A stretch of DNA of 64,000 nt from NCBI GenBank assembly GCA_964452935.1, contig CAYVNO010000006.1, forward strand, positions 5,574 through 69,573, written 5' to 3'. The position numbers and the translations under genes are program-made. A model generated the notes under the pieces. The model worked only from the letters and a program-made list of their open reading frames with translations, made no database searches and was not told the DNA's origin. Shown here piece by piece: positions 1 through 8,779 of this stretch; the first letter of the stretch is position 1; each line of letters begins with the position of its first letter. The stretch comes from an uncultured Methanosarcinales archaeon (GTDB lineage: Archaea; Nanobdellota; Nanobdellia; Woesearchaeales; DSVV01).

Positions 1-774
1 CTCTTTTGCATATTCTTTGTCAAACGTGAAATTATCGTCAATAATATTAATATGTCTTATATTTTTTTCATAATACAAATATTTAATCCAATTGATCATA
101 TATTCAATTGAATGTTTTCTTATAACTCTCCCATTTTGTAATGATGCAGAACAAAAGGAGCAGGCATAAGGACAACCACGTGTTACCCAGACTGGAGCAT
201 TCATTTTATGTGATGTGTTGTACCTATACCCTTTCTGAAGGTATTTCATAAACTTTATTGCCCCATAATTTGGCATTTTTATTTCGTCGATGTTTCTTTC
301 TAATACTATTCTATTTTTGATGATTGAACGGTTTGAGATATAAACAAGACCAGATATTTTTGAAAAATTGGGTTTTTTCTTCTTTAGCTCATCAATAAAT
401 TTAGGAAAAGAGGTTTCAGATTCACTTCTAAAAACAAAATCAACAACATTTTCTTTAATAACTGAATCAGGGTATGAAGTTACATGAACTCCTCCCATAA
501 CTGTTGTGATCTCTTTATTTATTGATTTGATAGTTTTGAGAATATTTAATCCTTCAAGATAAGTGTTGGACCAGCAAGAAACCCCAACAACATCAGGTTT
601 AAACTGATTAATCATATCTTTCAGTTGTTTAGAATTAGAATTTACATTATTCAATGCACAATCAAAGATTATTACCTCATGTTTATCACTAATATTGCTT
701 TTTAGATATGCAAGAGCAAGTGGTACAACATAATTCACATCATATCCATTTGGCCAGATCAACGCGATTCTCAT
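1..774 (-). CDS. B12-binding-domain (class B) radical SAM protein, N-terminal part; the C-terminus lies beyond the window edge
   Basis: Not in the ORF track because it runs off the window. Hand translation of the minus strand from the ATG (plus-strand CAT about 772-774) gives MRIALIWPNGYDVNYVVPLALAYLK... followed by TRGCPYACSFCSA, a CxxxCxxC radical SAM motif. Same architecture as ORF 15282..16844. Confidence 0.7.
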   Translation of the reverse strand, partial: MRIALIWPNGYDVNYVVPLALAYLKSNISDKHEVIIFDCALNNVNSNSKQLKDMINQFKPDVVGVSCWSNTYLEGLNILKTIKSINKEITTVMGGVHVTSYPDSVIKENVVDFVFRSESETSFPKFIDELKKKKPNFSKISGLVYISNRSIIKNRIVLERNIDEIKMPNYGAIKFMKYLQKGYRYNTSHKMNAPVWVTRGCPYACSFCSASLQNGRVIRKHSIEYMINWIKYLYYEKNIRHINIIDDNFTFDKEYAKE

Positions 775-915
775 CTTTAGAATAGAATAAAAGGCATTTT
801 ATAAATTTTACGGTAGTCATTTAATATTGGTTTTCTACTGACATTCCCTTGATTGTTTGTCAAAACATCACCTTATTTTTGTATGAAGATATATAATGTT
901 TAAAATTTCATAATG

Positions 916-1905
916 CTAACTTAAAAATGTTCTATTGGAGATGCATTCTCTATAATGTTCATAAATACTCGCACCTTCTCTTTTGTCAGGCTCCAGTAAG
1001 GGTTGGCCATATCTTTCGGCAAATTCTTCTATCCTTCCTATCAATCTATTATGTGATATCCCTAAATGACCTGTCAAAGACGTGATCATTCCATAATGTT
1101 TTCTTGGATCTCTCTGATTGTAAAGCAGTTGATTCCCAAAAAGATCTGTTATTTCTCCCCCCTGCATCTGTGTGATTAAATGGATGCCAATAGTATCCCA
1201 TTCTTTCCAGTTGCTTGCGATGCTGTTAATGTATAAATTAATTCCTTCTGTGACTATTCTTGATGCCATTGCACCTGGTCCACCACCTTCGACAATAACT
1301 AATTCTTTCTTTTCCTTCTCAGCTAGGAATTCATAAAAATCCTGCAGTCTTTTCAATCTAACAACAGTTCTTTGAACTCCAACAATCTTATCTATTGGCT
1401 CAGCAGGTGCTTGTAATACTCCATTTATTTTAACATAGGGGCCACTATCCTTTGTACAATAAATTAATGTTTGTGTTTCTGGAGTATATCCAACCATTGC
1501 AACAGGAATATTGTTCTCATCAAGCAATCCAAGAATAGTTCCAGAAGACCCTTTGAGACTACAACCCTCGGCGGGAACTAATTCACGCCTAATCTCTTCA
1601 TCTCTTGCCTGAAGATCTAATGATCCATCTATTGGGTCAATTTCCCACCTATATCCTGTTTTCCTCCTTTCTTGTTGAGATTGTTTCTGATCAACTTTGA
1701 GGCTTTCCTCTGTAAATGAAAGTGGAAATCTATCTCGAACAGCTGTGAGAAGCCCTTCGCTTATACAAAGATCAGATGTTGTGATTATTTCATCTGGGGG
1801 TTGTTCTCCCACAATGTCAATGTTTCCCAATTTGTTTGTTATGTGTTGATCCCCTAGTTTAATTACAACTGGAATAATTGATTCAATCTCATACATCAAG
1901 TCCAT
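916..1905 (-). CDS. Inositol monophosphatase / FBPase / CysQ family phosphatase
   Basis: WEIDPIDGS metal-binding motif and a downstream KEWDTIG (WDxxxG-like) motif typical of the IMPase superfamily. Confidence 0.6.
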   Translation of the reverse strand: MDLMYEIESIIPVVIKLGDQHITNKLGNIDIVGEQPPDEIITTSDLCISEGLLTAVRDRFPLSFTEESLKVDQKQSQQERRKTGYRWEIDPIDGSLDLQARDEEIRRELVPAEGCSLKGSSGTILGLLDENNIPVAMVGYTPETQTLIYCTKDSGPYVKINGVLQAPAEPIDKIVGVQRTVVRLKRLQDFYEFLAEKEKKELVIVEGGGPGAMASRIVTEGINLYINSIASNWKEWDTIGIHLITQMQGGEITDLFGNQLLYNQRDPRKHYGMITSLTGHLGISHNRLIGRIEEFAERYGQPLLEPDKREGASIYEHYRECISNRTFLS

Positions 1906-1983
1906 TTTATTTGAGAAAATGAATGAGTTTATAAACTTTTTTGATTTATTATGGCTCAGGAGTAGTAACTAATTCTTAATGTC

Positions 1984-3558
1984 TTACTGTAACTGTCTAG
2001 AATAAGAGTGGTATTTTCTTTTATCAAAGAAATCCTGCCAATATAAGAACTCTTTATAATGGTCAATCGTTCTTATCTGAACAAATTTGTCAACCTCAAA
2101 AATAACTACTTTTTTACCTTTTTTTATGAGTTCGTTAACAGCAGATAAGAAATATGGGCGTTTTTCTTTTTCTGATTTCATAAATTCTTCCAAACTCCAG
2201 AACAAATCTTCAGATCTTTTATAAATTGCTGTTCCTGTTAGTGTGTTATCTTTGTAAGGTGTATCTGATATGGTCTTTTTAGTAACAACTTCTGTTACAT
2301 TTATTAAATCCTTTACTTTTGCATAATGTACGCTGTCCGGGTTTCTCAAAACCCACTCATGGTGGGAAAACGAGAACAATATCACATCAACATCTTTTTC
2401 CATCAAATGTGTCAATCTTCGTTCATCATAATCAGAAATATAAGTGCATCCTGAAACACAAACTGAATGATCTTTGGGTATTTTATCTTGAACTTTCAAT
2501 ATTGTTTCTGCATTGCTCGATGTTTTGTTCTTTAAATAAACAATCTCAGAATTATATCTAGTGGTTTCAGGCAGAATTTTTTCATGGAACTCGTTTTTGT
2601 GCTCTTCAAGAGATATAAAAATGTTCTTAACAGCCCCAGGACACGAATAGAGGGCATAATGTAGCATTGGTTTGTTCATGACAGGAACCATGAAATTAAG
2701 ATTATTTAGTCCTACCTCTTTAAAATCACGTTCTCCACCTGCTAACGGAAATATATTTTTCACTTTGAGATTCACATTGTCAAAAGATATGAATTTTGGA
2801 GTGTATTGAAGAAAAAATTCTGACCAGAATTTATACAATTCATAATCTCTTGGCGTTCCTAAACATATAAACTTCTTTGCCTCATAATTAAGTATGCGTA
2901 GTCCATCATCTATCATAAATAAATAAGGTAAACTCATATAAAATTCACCATTAACCGCATTTGTAGGAGATGAAACTAATTTTTTTACATATTTCTTGAA
3001 TAATTCTCCAGTTGCAAAATAGTAAGTTCCAGTTGAACCATAATCCTGGGTCCTATCTTCTGAAAAACTCTCTTTTTCTTTCAATGCAGTTACATAACCA
3101 TCTTCATTAACTTTCATATAAGCATAATATGTATCTCCTAAAGATGAAGGATGAAATCCTCTAAAACTGATTATTGCTCCATGGGGCTTTTCTTTGTTTA
3201 TTGTATTATAAAAATCATTATAATCCCATTCTTGTATAAAATCACAATAATTTACAATAACCTCTTCATTATCACCAATAAACTCAAATGCAGCGAAACT
3301 TGAATAAGCAGGTCCTTTAAGCATTTCATCTGCAATACCAATTATTCTACAGTTTGGTGCAATTCTTTTCAAAATATTTTTTATATTTGTTGTTTTCAAA
3401 TGAGTTTCATTGCACACAAATATAAATTCAGAGTTTCTAGGAAAATAATCAACAACATGTTCGATCATGGGCTTTCCATCTAATTCTATGAGTGGTTTCG
3501 GGGATAAAAAATTATTGAATCTTTTCCCCCTACCTGCCATCAAAATTAATATCTTCAT
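1984..3558 (-). CDS. Two-domain sugar-phosphate nucleotidyltransferase family protein
   Basis: MKILILMAGRGKRF N-terminal NTP-transferase signature. I place the start at the internal Met (ORF track starts at 3597), 1 nt after the stop of the upstream gene. The C-terminal half is unassigned. Confidence 0.6.
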   Translation of the reverse strand: MKILILMAGRGKRFNNFLSPKPLIELDGKPMIEHVVDYFPRNSEFIFVCNETHLKTTNIKNILKRIAPNCRIIGIADEMLKGPAYSSFAAFEFIGDNEEVIVNYCDFIQEWDYNDFYNTINKEKPHGAIISFRGFHPSSLGDTYYAYMKVNEDGYVTALKEKESFSEDRTQDYGSTGTYYFATGELFKKYVKKLVSSPTNAVNGEFYMSLPYLFMIDDGLRILNYEAKKFICLGTPRDYELYKFWSEFFLQYTPKFISFDNVNLKVKNIFPLAGGERDFKEVGLNNLNFMVPVMNKPMLHYALYSCPGAVKNIFISLEEHKNEFHEKILPETTRYNSEIVYLKNKTSSNAETILKVQDKIPKDHSVCVSGCTYISDYDERRLTHLMEKDVDVILFSFSHHEWVLRNPDSVHYAKVKDLINVTEVVTKKTISDTPYKDNTLTGTAIYKRSEDLFWSLEEFMKSEKEKRPYFLSAVNELIKKGKKVVIFEVDKFVQIRTIDHYKEFLYWQDFFDKRKYHSYSRQLQ

Positions 3559-3559
3559 T

Positions 3560-4135
3560 CTACCACACCTCAATATGGTCTGTAAGTATAGCATCAACTG
3601 GATGTTCTTTCAACAATTCTTTTGTTTGTTCAACCTCTTCTCTATGCAAAAGTTCGGGAGATACAATACATAATTTAAAATGTTCTCTTAATATCTTAAA
3701 CGCATTGTTTTCAGTAGGTAGTTTTGTGAAATTATCTATAAACACCCATTCAACTTTTCCTTTAAGGGCTAAGCAAGTTTCTATTGACTCAAATTCAGAA
3801 AATCTTACAGCCATTTGAGTAATCCCTTTATTTATGTATTTTATCATAAAAGGGAAAGTAACGTCAAGGAAGAAATAGTTTGTTATTTTATATTTATTCA
3901 CTAATTCAAGAACATCTTTTTCTATGCCTTCTGATTTTACATTCAATATTAACAACGCACGTTCATTCTCTGAATACTTTTTTAGAAATTCATCCAGGAA
4001 CTCTCCATCTTCAAAAGGTTCATGATGGAGAATCAGTTTCTTTCCATAAGGTCTGATATCTATTTCAACCCCACATTCTTTTGGAGTCATTTTTAATTTT
4101 TCAAGATTGTTGACTCTGTGGTTTACAATTATCAT
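3560..4135 (-). CDS. Glycerophosphodiester phosphodiesterase-like (PLC-like TIM barrel) protein
   Basis: N-terminus IIVNHRVNN...GVEIDIR...LILHHEPF matches the HR...ExD...HD pattern of the GDPD family. Weak assignment. Confidence 0.4.
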   Translation of the reverse strand: MIIVNHRVNNLEKLKMTPKECGVEIDIRPYGKKLILHHEPFEDGEFLDEFLKKYSENERALLILNVKSEGIEKDVLELVNKYKITNYFFLDVTFPFMIKYINKGITQMAVRFSEFESIETCLALKGKVEWVFIDNFTKLPTENNAFKILREHFKLCIVSPELLHREEVEQTKELLKEHPVDAILTDHIEVW

Positions 4136-4863
4136 TTTAAAATTCTTACCCTCATCTTTATAGCATCTCTAATAAAGCCTTTTATAGTCGAAAGTTTTGA
4201 AATTGTTGAGTATGCCCAGCTTGAAAATCCAAATATCCTTTTTTCAAAGTTCACATAGAAATATCTTACTTTGCATCTATTTTTCTTTGCTTTATATTGT
4301 ACATAAAGGTCATATGAAAACTCTTTTGGAGGAATCCGAAACGTTCTAAAAAGATTCTTATGAAATATTTTGGGCTGACCATTTATATCATCAAATATCT
4401 TCCATAAAATTAATGTTGAATAAATTGAAAAACAAGAACTCAATATTAATGATTTCCAATCACGATATCTTCTATGGCCTTTAACCAACACCTTTTTGTT
4501 ATTTATTTTTCTATAAATTTTATATCCGTTAAACACATCTTCAGGGGAACATTGAAGATCTCCATGTGACCACCCAATTACTTCGGAATCACAATTCAAA
4601 AGTCCTTTATGGATACCATGTCCATAACCAACATTCTTTTCTATCTTGATTATTTTTATAAATTTCTCTTTTTTTGAAATTTCTTTTAAATAATCCCATG
4701 TAGCATCACCTGAACCATTGTCTACAAGAACTAACTGGAAATTTACCTCATTTTTTGCATTTTTATATCTTTCAATAAGGAGTGGAATTGATTTCAATTC
4801 ATTATAACAAGGGATTACTATTGATAACTCATACTTTTTATTATTTTTCTTATTCATTTGCAT
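4132..4863 (-). CDS. GT2 family glycosyltransferase (dolichyl/polyprenyl-phosphate glycosyltransferase-like)
   Basis: LSIVIPCYNE ... VLVDNGSGD motifs. 4-nt overlap with the downstream gene. Confidence 0.75.
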   Translation of the reverse strand: MQMNKKNNKKYELSIVIPCYNELKSIPLLIERYKNAKNEVNFQLVLVDNGSGDATWDYLKEISKKEKFIKIIKIEKNVGYGHGIHKGLLNCDSEVIGWSHGDLQCSPEDVFNGYKIYRKINNKKVLVKGHRRYRDWKSLILSSCFSIYSTLILWKIFDDINGQPKIFHKNLFRTFRIPPKEFSYDLYVQYKAKKNRCKVRYFYVNFEKRIFGFSSWAYSTISKLSTIKGFIRDAIKMRVRILK

Positions 4864-5764
4864 GTTGCCTCACCCACTTTTGCCAGTATTCAGCAGATTC
4901 CTTTAAGTGTTGCATTACAAGACTATCATTTGGCTCCCTCTCCCTAAACGATAGCTCAAGCAGTAGTATGGTATTATTCATTGGATCAGATCTTTTTAAT
5001 GTCTCAATAAGCTCGGGCGGATTGATTTTCCCTTTTATGTTATACTGCTCTATGAAAGGATAGTGGCCCCCTTTATCAAGTAAAGATTGTTTTATGTGTA
5101 TAAACGGACTTATAGATGCAAAATTCTCAAGCCATTTTTTATAATCTGTGTCATGAGAATTATTAGAACTCAAATCTCCATGATCAACGTCAAGACATAA
5201 ATAAATAGGAATCGCACTACCCTCAAGCATTCTCTGTATTCTCTTAGTTTCCTCGATTGTCTCTCCATACTCCCTTTTGACAGACATCGGTTCCCAGCTA
5301 AGAGATTTCAACCCAATACTCTTGCCGTATTCTGCAAGTTCTTTCCAGGAAGCAACTGTTTCTTTTAAGATAAAGTCCCTTCTTTCTTTGTCATACAAAT
5401 CTTCATAGCACAATATACCAAAATGACTTGAGAGATCATAAGCTCCAAGTTTGACTGCTATATCTGCTAATTTTTTAAACCATTTTTTCCAGAATTCTCT
5501 AGATATTCTATCTGGATGTGAAAAATGATTGACACGAGTAAATGCCCCAGTCATAACACTATCAATTTGAATGTTATACTTCTCTTTACATTTTTTTATC
5601 CTATTAATAAGATCATTTATAACTTCATCTCCTAATGAAGGATTGATCAAATCAGCTGTCAATTGTACGTGTCTTATTCCTAAATCTTCCCCAATAACCT
5701 TCATCCACTGTTCTGGCTTTGGGTAACGATTCAATGCAAATCCTGTATTTATGCCCAATTTCAT
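4850..5764 (-). CDS. Sugar phosphate isomerase/epimerase (xylose isomerase-like TIM barrel; IolE/IolI-like)
   Basis: Length and motif pattern (LGINTG..., DVDHGD) resemble the AP endonuclease 2 / xylose isomerase-like barrel family. Confidence 0.55.
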   Translation of the reverse strand: MKLGINTGFALNRYPKPEQWMKVIGEDLGIRHVQLTADLINPSLGDEVINDLINRIKKCKEKYNIQIDSVMTGAFTRVNHFSHPDRISREFWKKWFKKLADIAVKLGAYDLSSHFGILCYEDLYDKERRDFILKETVASWKELAEYGKSIGLKSLSWEPMSVKREYGETIEETKRIQRMLEGSAIPIYLCLDVDHGDLSSNNSHDTDYKKWLENFASISPFIHIKQSLLDKGGHYPFIEQYNIKGKINPPELIETLKRSDPMNNTILLLELSFREREPNDSLVMQHLKESAEYWQKWVRQHANE

Positions 5765-5776
5765 TCTTATTTTACC

Positions 5777-6820
5777 TCAAGGATTTATTATTATCTTTAG
5801 ATTATTCTTGTTTTTTGCTTCTTCATACGCTTTATCTATCTCTTCTAAAGGAAATGTTTTTGTTATTAAAGGCTTCAAGTTTATTTTCTTATTCATGATC
5901 ATCTCAACTGCTAATTTATGGTGCTTAGATGTTGAACCATGTGAACCAAGAATTGTTAATTCCTTATAATGTATCAAATTTGAATTTATTGATATGTTTC
6001 TAGTATTCCCTGGGAGTCCACCAAAAAAATTTATAACTCCCTTATTCTTAATGTATTTCAATGACATTTCTTGGGCATCTATCGATGGACATGCTGTAAT
6101 AATAATGTCAAATCCTAAGTTGTCTGTTAACTCATTCTTTGCTTTTTCAAGCTCCTCATGTGCTGAAATTATATATCGATCCGCTTCAACTCTTTTTGCA
6201 ACTTCTAGTCTTGTACTGTCAATATCACATAACACAACCACAGACGCACCCATAACTTTCCCTAAAATGGTTAACATACAACCCATAGGTCCTGCACCCA
6301 AGATCAATACTTTCTTCCCAATACTCATATTGCACAATTCATAACAGTTTATGCAGCATGCCAGCGGTTCACTCATTGAAAACTCATCTTGGCTCGCACT
6401 ACTCCCAGTCGTTATAACTACTGGCCCAAAATCAAGAATCCTTTTGTCCAATTTCAAATATTCTGCAAACCCACCTGGGTATTCATACCCAAAAGCCACA
6501 TTTCTCAAACAGTTGTTACTAAATCCTTCTTTACACCAAACACACTTTCCACAAGCAATATCTGCAGATAAAGCAATTTTATCTCCAATATTGAATCTGT
6601 GTTTTTGATTCTCACCAACTCTTACAACTGTGCCTGAAGTTTCATGGCCTATAATCTGAGGAGGGGTGATTCTATCATTTCCTGACTCCAAAATTCTCAA
6701 ATCACTGCCGCATATCCCACAACTGTCTACTTTTATAATTATTTCATCATCTGTTATTTCAGGGATAGGGACATCTTTTATTGTTAGATTGTTAATGCTT
6801 TCTAAAAATACGGCTTTCAT
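5777..6820 (-). CDS. Zn-dependent medium-chain alcohol/polyol dehydrogenase
   Basis: CGICGSDL, GHETSG and GAGPMG motifs of the MDR family. Confidence 0.8.
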   Translation of the reverse strand: MKAVFLESINNLTIKDVPIPEITDDEIIIKVDSCGICGSDLRILESGNDRITPPQIIGHETSGTVVRVGENQKHRFNIGDKIALSADIACGKCVWCKEGFSNNCLRNVAFGYEYPGGFAEYLKLDKRILDFGPVVITTGSSASQDEFSMSEPLACCINCYELCNMSIGKKVLILGAGPMGCMLTILGKVMGASVVVLCDIDSTRLEVAKRVEADRYIISAHEELEKAKNELTDNLGFDIIITACPSIDAQEMSLKYIKNKGVINFFGGLPGNTRNISINSNLIHYKELTILGSHGSTSKHHKLAVEMIMNKKINLKPLITKTFPLEEIDKAYEEAKNKNNLKIIINP

Positions 6821-6829
6821 TTTTCTCCT

Positions 6830-8545
6830 TCAATTCGGGTGTATTAAAACTTTCAAACAAGATATCTTCTTATCTTTTATTTTGTCAAAAGCTTCTACAA
6901 TTTCTTTTAATTGATATCTATGGGTGATTAATGGATTGACATCAATCTCATTTTTTGACATTAAATTCATACATACCTTCCAATCATTCTTAAAAGGATC
7001 AGAGATATTTGAATTCCATGATGAGTAAATTTTTAACTCACTTCTAAGAATCTTTGACATTGTTCTTGGTTCAAGACACAAATCGTTTTGATGATTACCT
7101 AAAAAAAGAATCGAGCCTTCTTTTTTTATGTTATGAATATTCATATTTATCAATTCAGATGCACCACTACAATCTATCAATATATGAAATGTTCTGTTGT
7201 TTACATTGATATCAGGGGTCCATGCTTCATCAAACCCTGCCTGTTTTGCTATTATCATTTTATGTTGATTTCTATCAATTCCAGCAATCATATTCGCACC
7301 AAAATGTTTACATAACATTCCAGCAATAACACCAATTGGTCCAAGACCAAGTATCAAAACATATGCATTTGCAACATCAGTTAATTTCTTTACCCCCCTA
7401 TGAACAACTGCCAATGGTTCTAGTAAAGATGCCTGATCATAAGTAACATTATTAGGAATTGGTACTAAGTTATCTTTAGGAACTACTACTTGTTCTGCAA
7501 AGCCACCGTCACACCTTGAACCTAAGTAATTATAATTATCACAAAGATTGTACTTTTCAGACTTACAGTAATCACATTTTTTGCAAGGTATTAACGGGAA
7601 CACTGCAACCCTCTGATTCATTAAATGATCGTTATCTTGATTTGTTTTTAAAACAATCCCAGAAAACTCATGTCCTGGAACAAGATTTTTTGAATACATT
7701 CCATTTTTATAAACCCTATCAATATCAGATCCACATATGCCGCAGCTCATTACTTTTACAATGACTTCATCTTCTTTCAAAGATTTTTGTTTCTTTTTCT
7801 CTATTTCAAAATCATTTATATCTCTTAATACTGCAGCATTGTACTCTGTTTCATAACTTTTTTCTACATCAATCATCTTTCTTTCTGGAAGGTTTGATGT
7901 TATTTCCTTAAATTTATGGAGATTATTACTGAACCCATTATTATTGAATAACATTGAAGTTCCAGCAACAACAATATCAATACCACTTTCATATAATGGT
8001 TTTATGTGTTCTAACTTAACTCCTCCGTCTGATATTAATTCAACATTAAGGTTATTCTTTTTTATGTAAGAATATAGGTAATTTGTCTTTTCATATAACT
8101 CATCACAAAATTTCAATCCTGAAAAGCCAGTCTTGACATTCATTAATAAAAGGTAGTCAATGTGGGGTAAATACTTTTCAACAAATGAGGGAGGTGTTTC
8201 TATGTTCATTGCCAACCCAACCTTAACATTCTTTTTCTTTAGGTATTCAATGTTTTTTTGAATATCCTCATTTGTCTCTACATGGAAAATTATTATGTCA
8301 ATCTCACATTCTACCAATTGGTCAAAATATTTAGAAGGTTCTTGTACCATTAAATGTACATCAAAGGGTATTCTTGTCAAACGCCTACTTTCTCGAATAA
8401 CCTCTAGATTAAGGGCAAGATTATTTACAAAATTACCATCCATTATATCCATATGGAAATAATCAACACCAACTTTTACAAGTGCCATTACGTTTCTCAT
8501 TATGTGCATTGAATCAGCACACATTAATGAAGCAGCTATTTTCAT
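6830..8545 (-). CDS. Fusion protein: ribulose-phosphate 3-epimerase-like N-terminal domain plus Zn-dependent MDR dehydrogenase C-terminal domain
   Basis: N-terminus SLMCAD...DYFHMDIMDGNFVNNL is an Rpe signature. C-terminal half has CGICGSDI, GHEFSG and GLGPIG (MDR dehydrogenase). Confidence 0.7.
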   Translation of the reverse strand: MKIAASLMCADSMHIMRNVMALVKVGVDYFHMDIMDGNFVNNLALNLEVIRESRRLTRIPFDVHLMVQEPSKYFDQLVECEIDIIIFHVETNEDIQKNIEYLKKKNVKVGLAMNIETPPSFVEKYLPHIDYLLLMNVKTGFSGLKFCDELYEKTNYLYSYIKKNNLNVELISDGGVKLEHIKPLYESGIDIVVAGTSMLFNNNGFSNNLHKFKEITSNLPERKMIDVEKSYETEYNAAVLRDINDFEIEKKKQKSLKEDEVIVKVMSCGICGSDIDRVYKNGMYSKNLVPGHEFSGIVLKTNQDNDHLMNQRVAVFPLIPCKKCDYCKSEKYNLCDNYNYLGSRCDGGFAEQVVVPKDNLVPIPNNVTYDQASLLEPLAVVHRGVKKLTDVANAYVLILGLGPIGVIAGMLCKHFGANMIAGIDRNQHKMIIAKQAGFDEAWTPDINVNNRTFHILIDCSGASELINMNIHNIKKEGSILFLGNHQNDLCLEPRTMSKILRSELKIYSSWNSNISDPFKNDWKVCMNLMSKNEIDVNPLITHRYQLKEIVEAFDKIKDKKISCLKVLIHPN

Positions 8546-8779
8546 TATTCTTTCCTTTTATTTTAATTAAGTGTAGAATGGGCTGTAATCAAATTTAAAC
8601 CTATTTTCAACTCCCACCCGGTTTACAGGAACGTAAAATCCTTTATAAATCTTCGTTTTATAGATTGTTAAATAAAATAAATAAAAAGTGGCATATAAAT
8701 CAAACAAAGATAAAACACCATCTAATGGTGGTAAATTTATTAACCAATAACTAAAGTTATAACAAAAGAGTGTAGCAGT

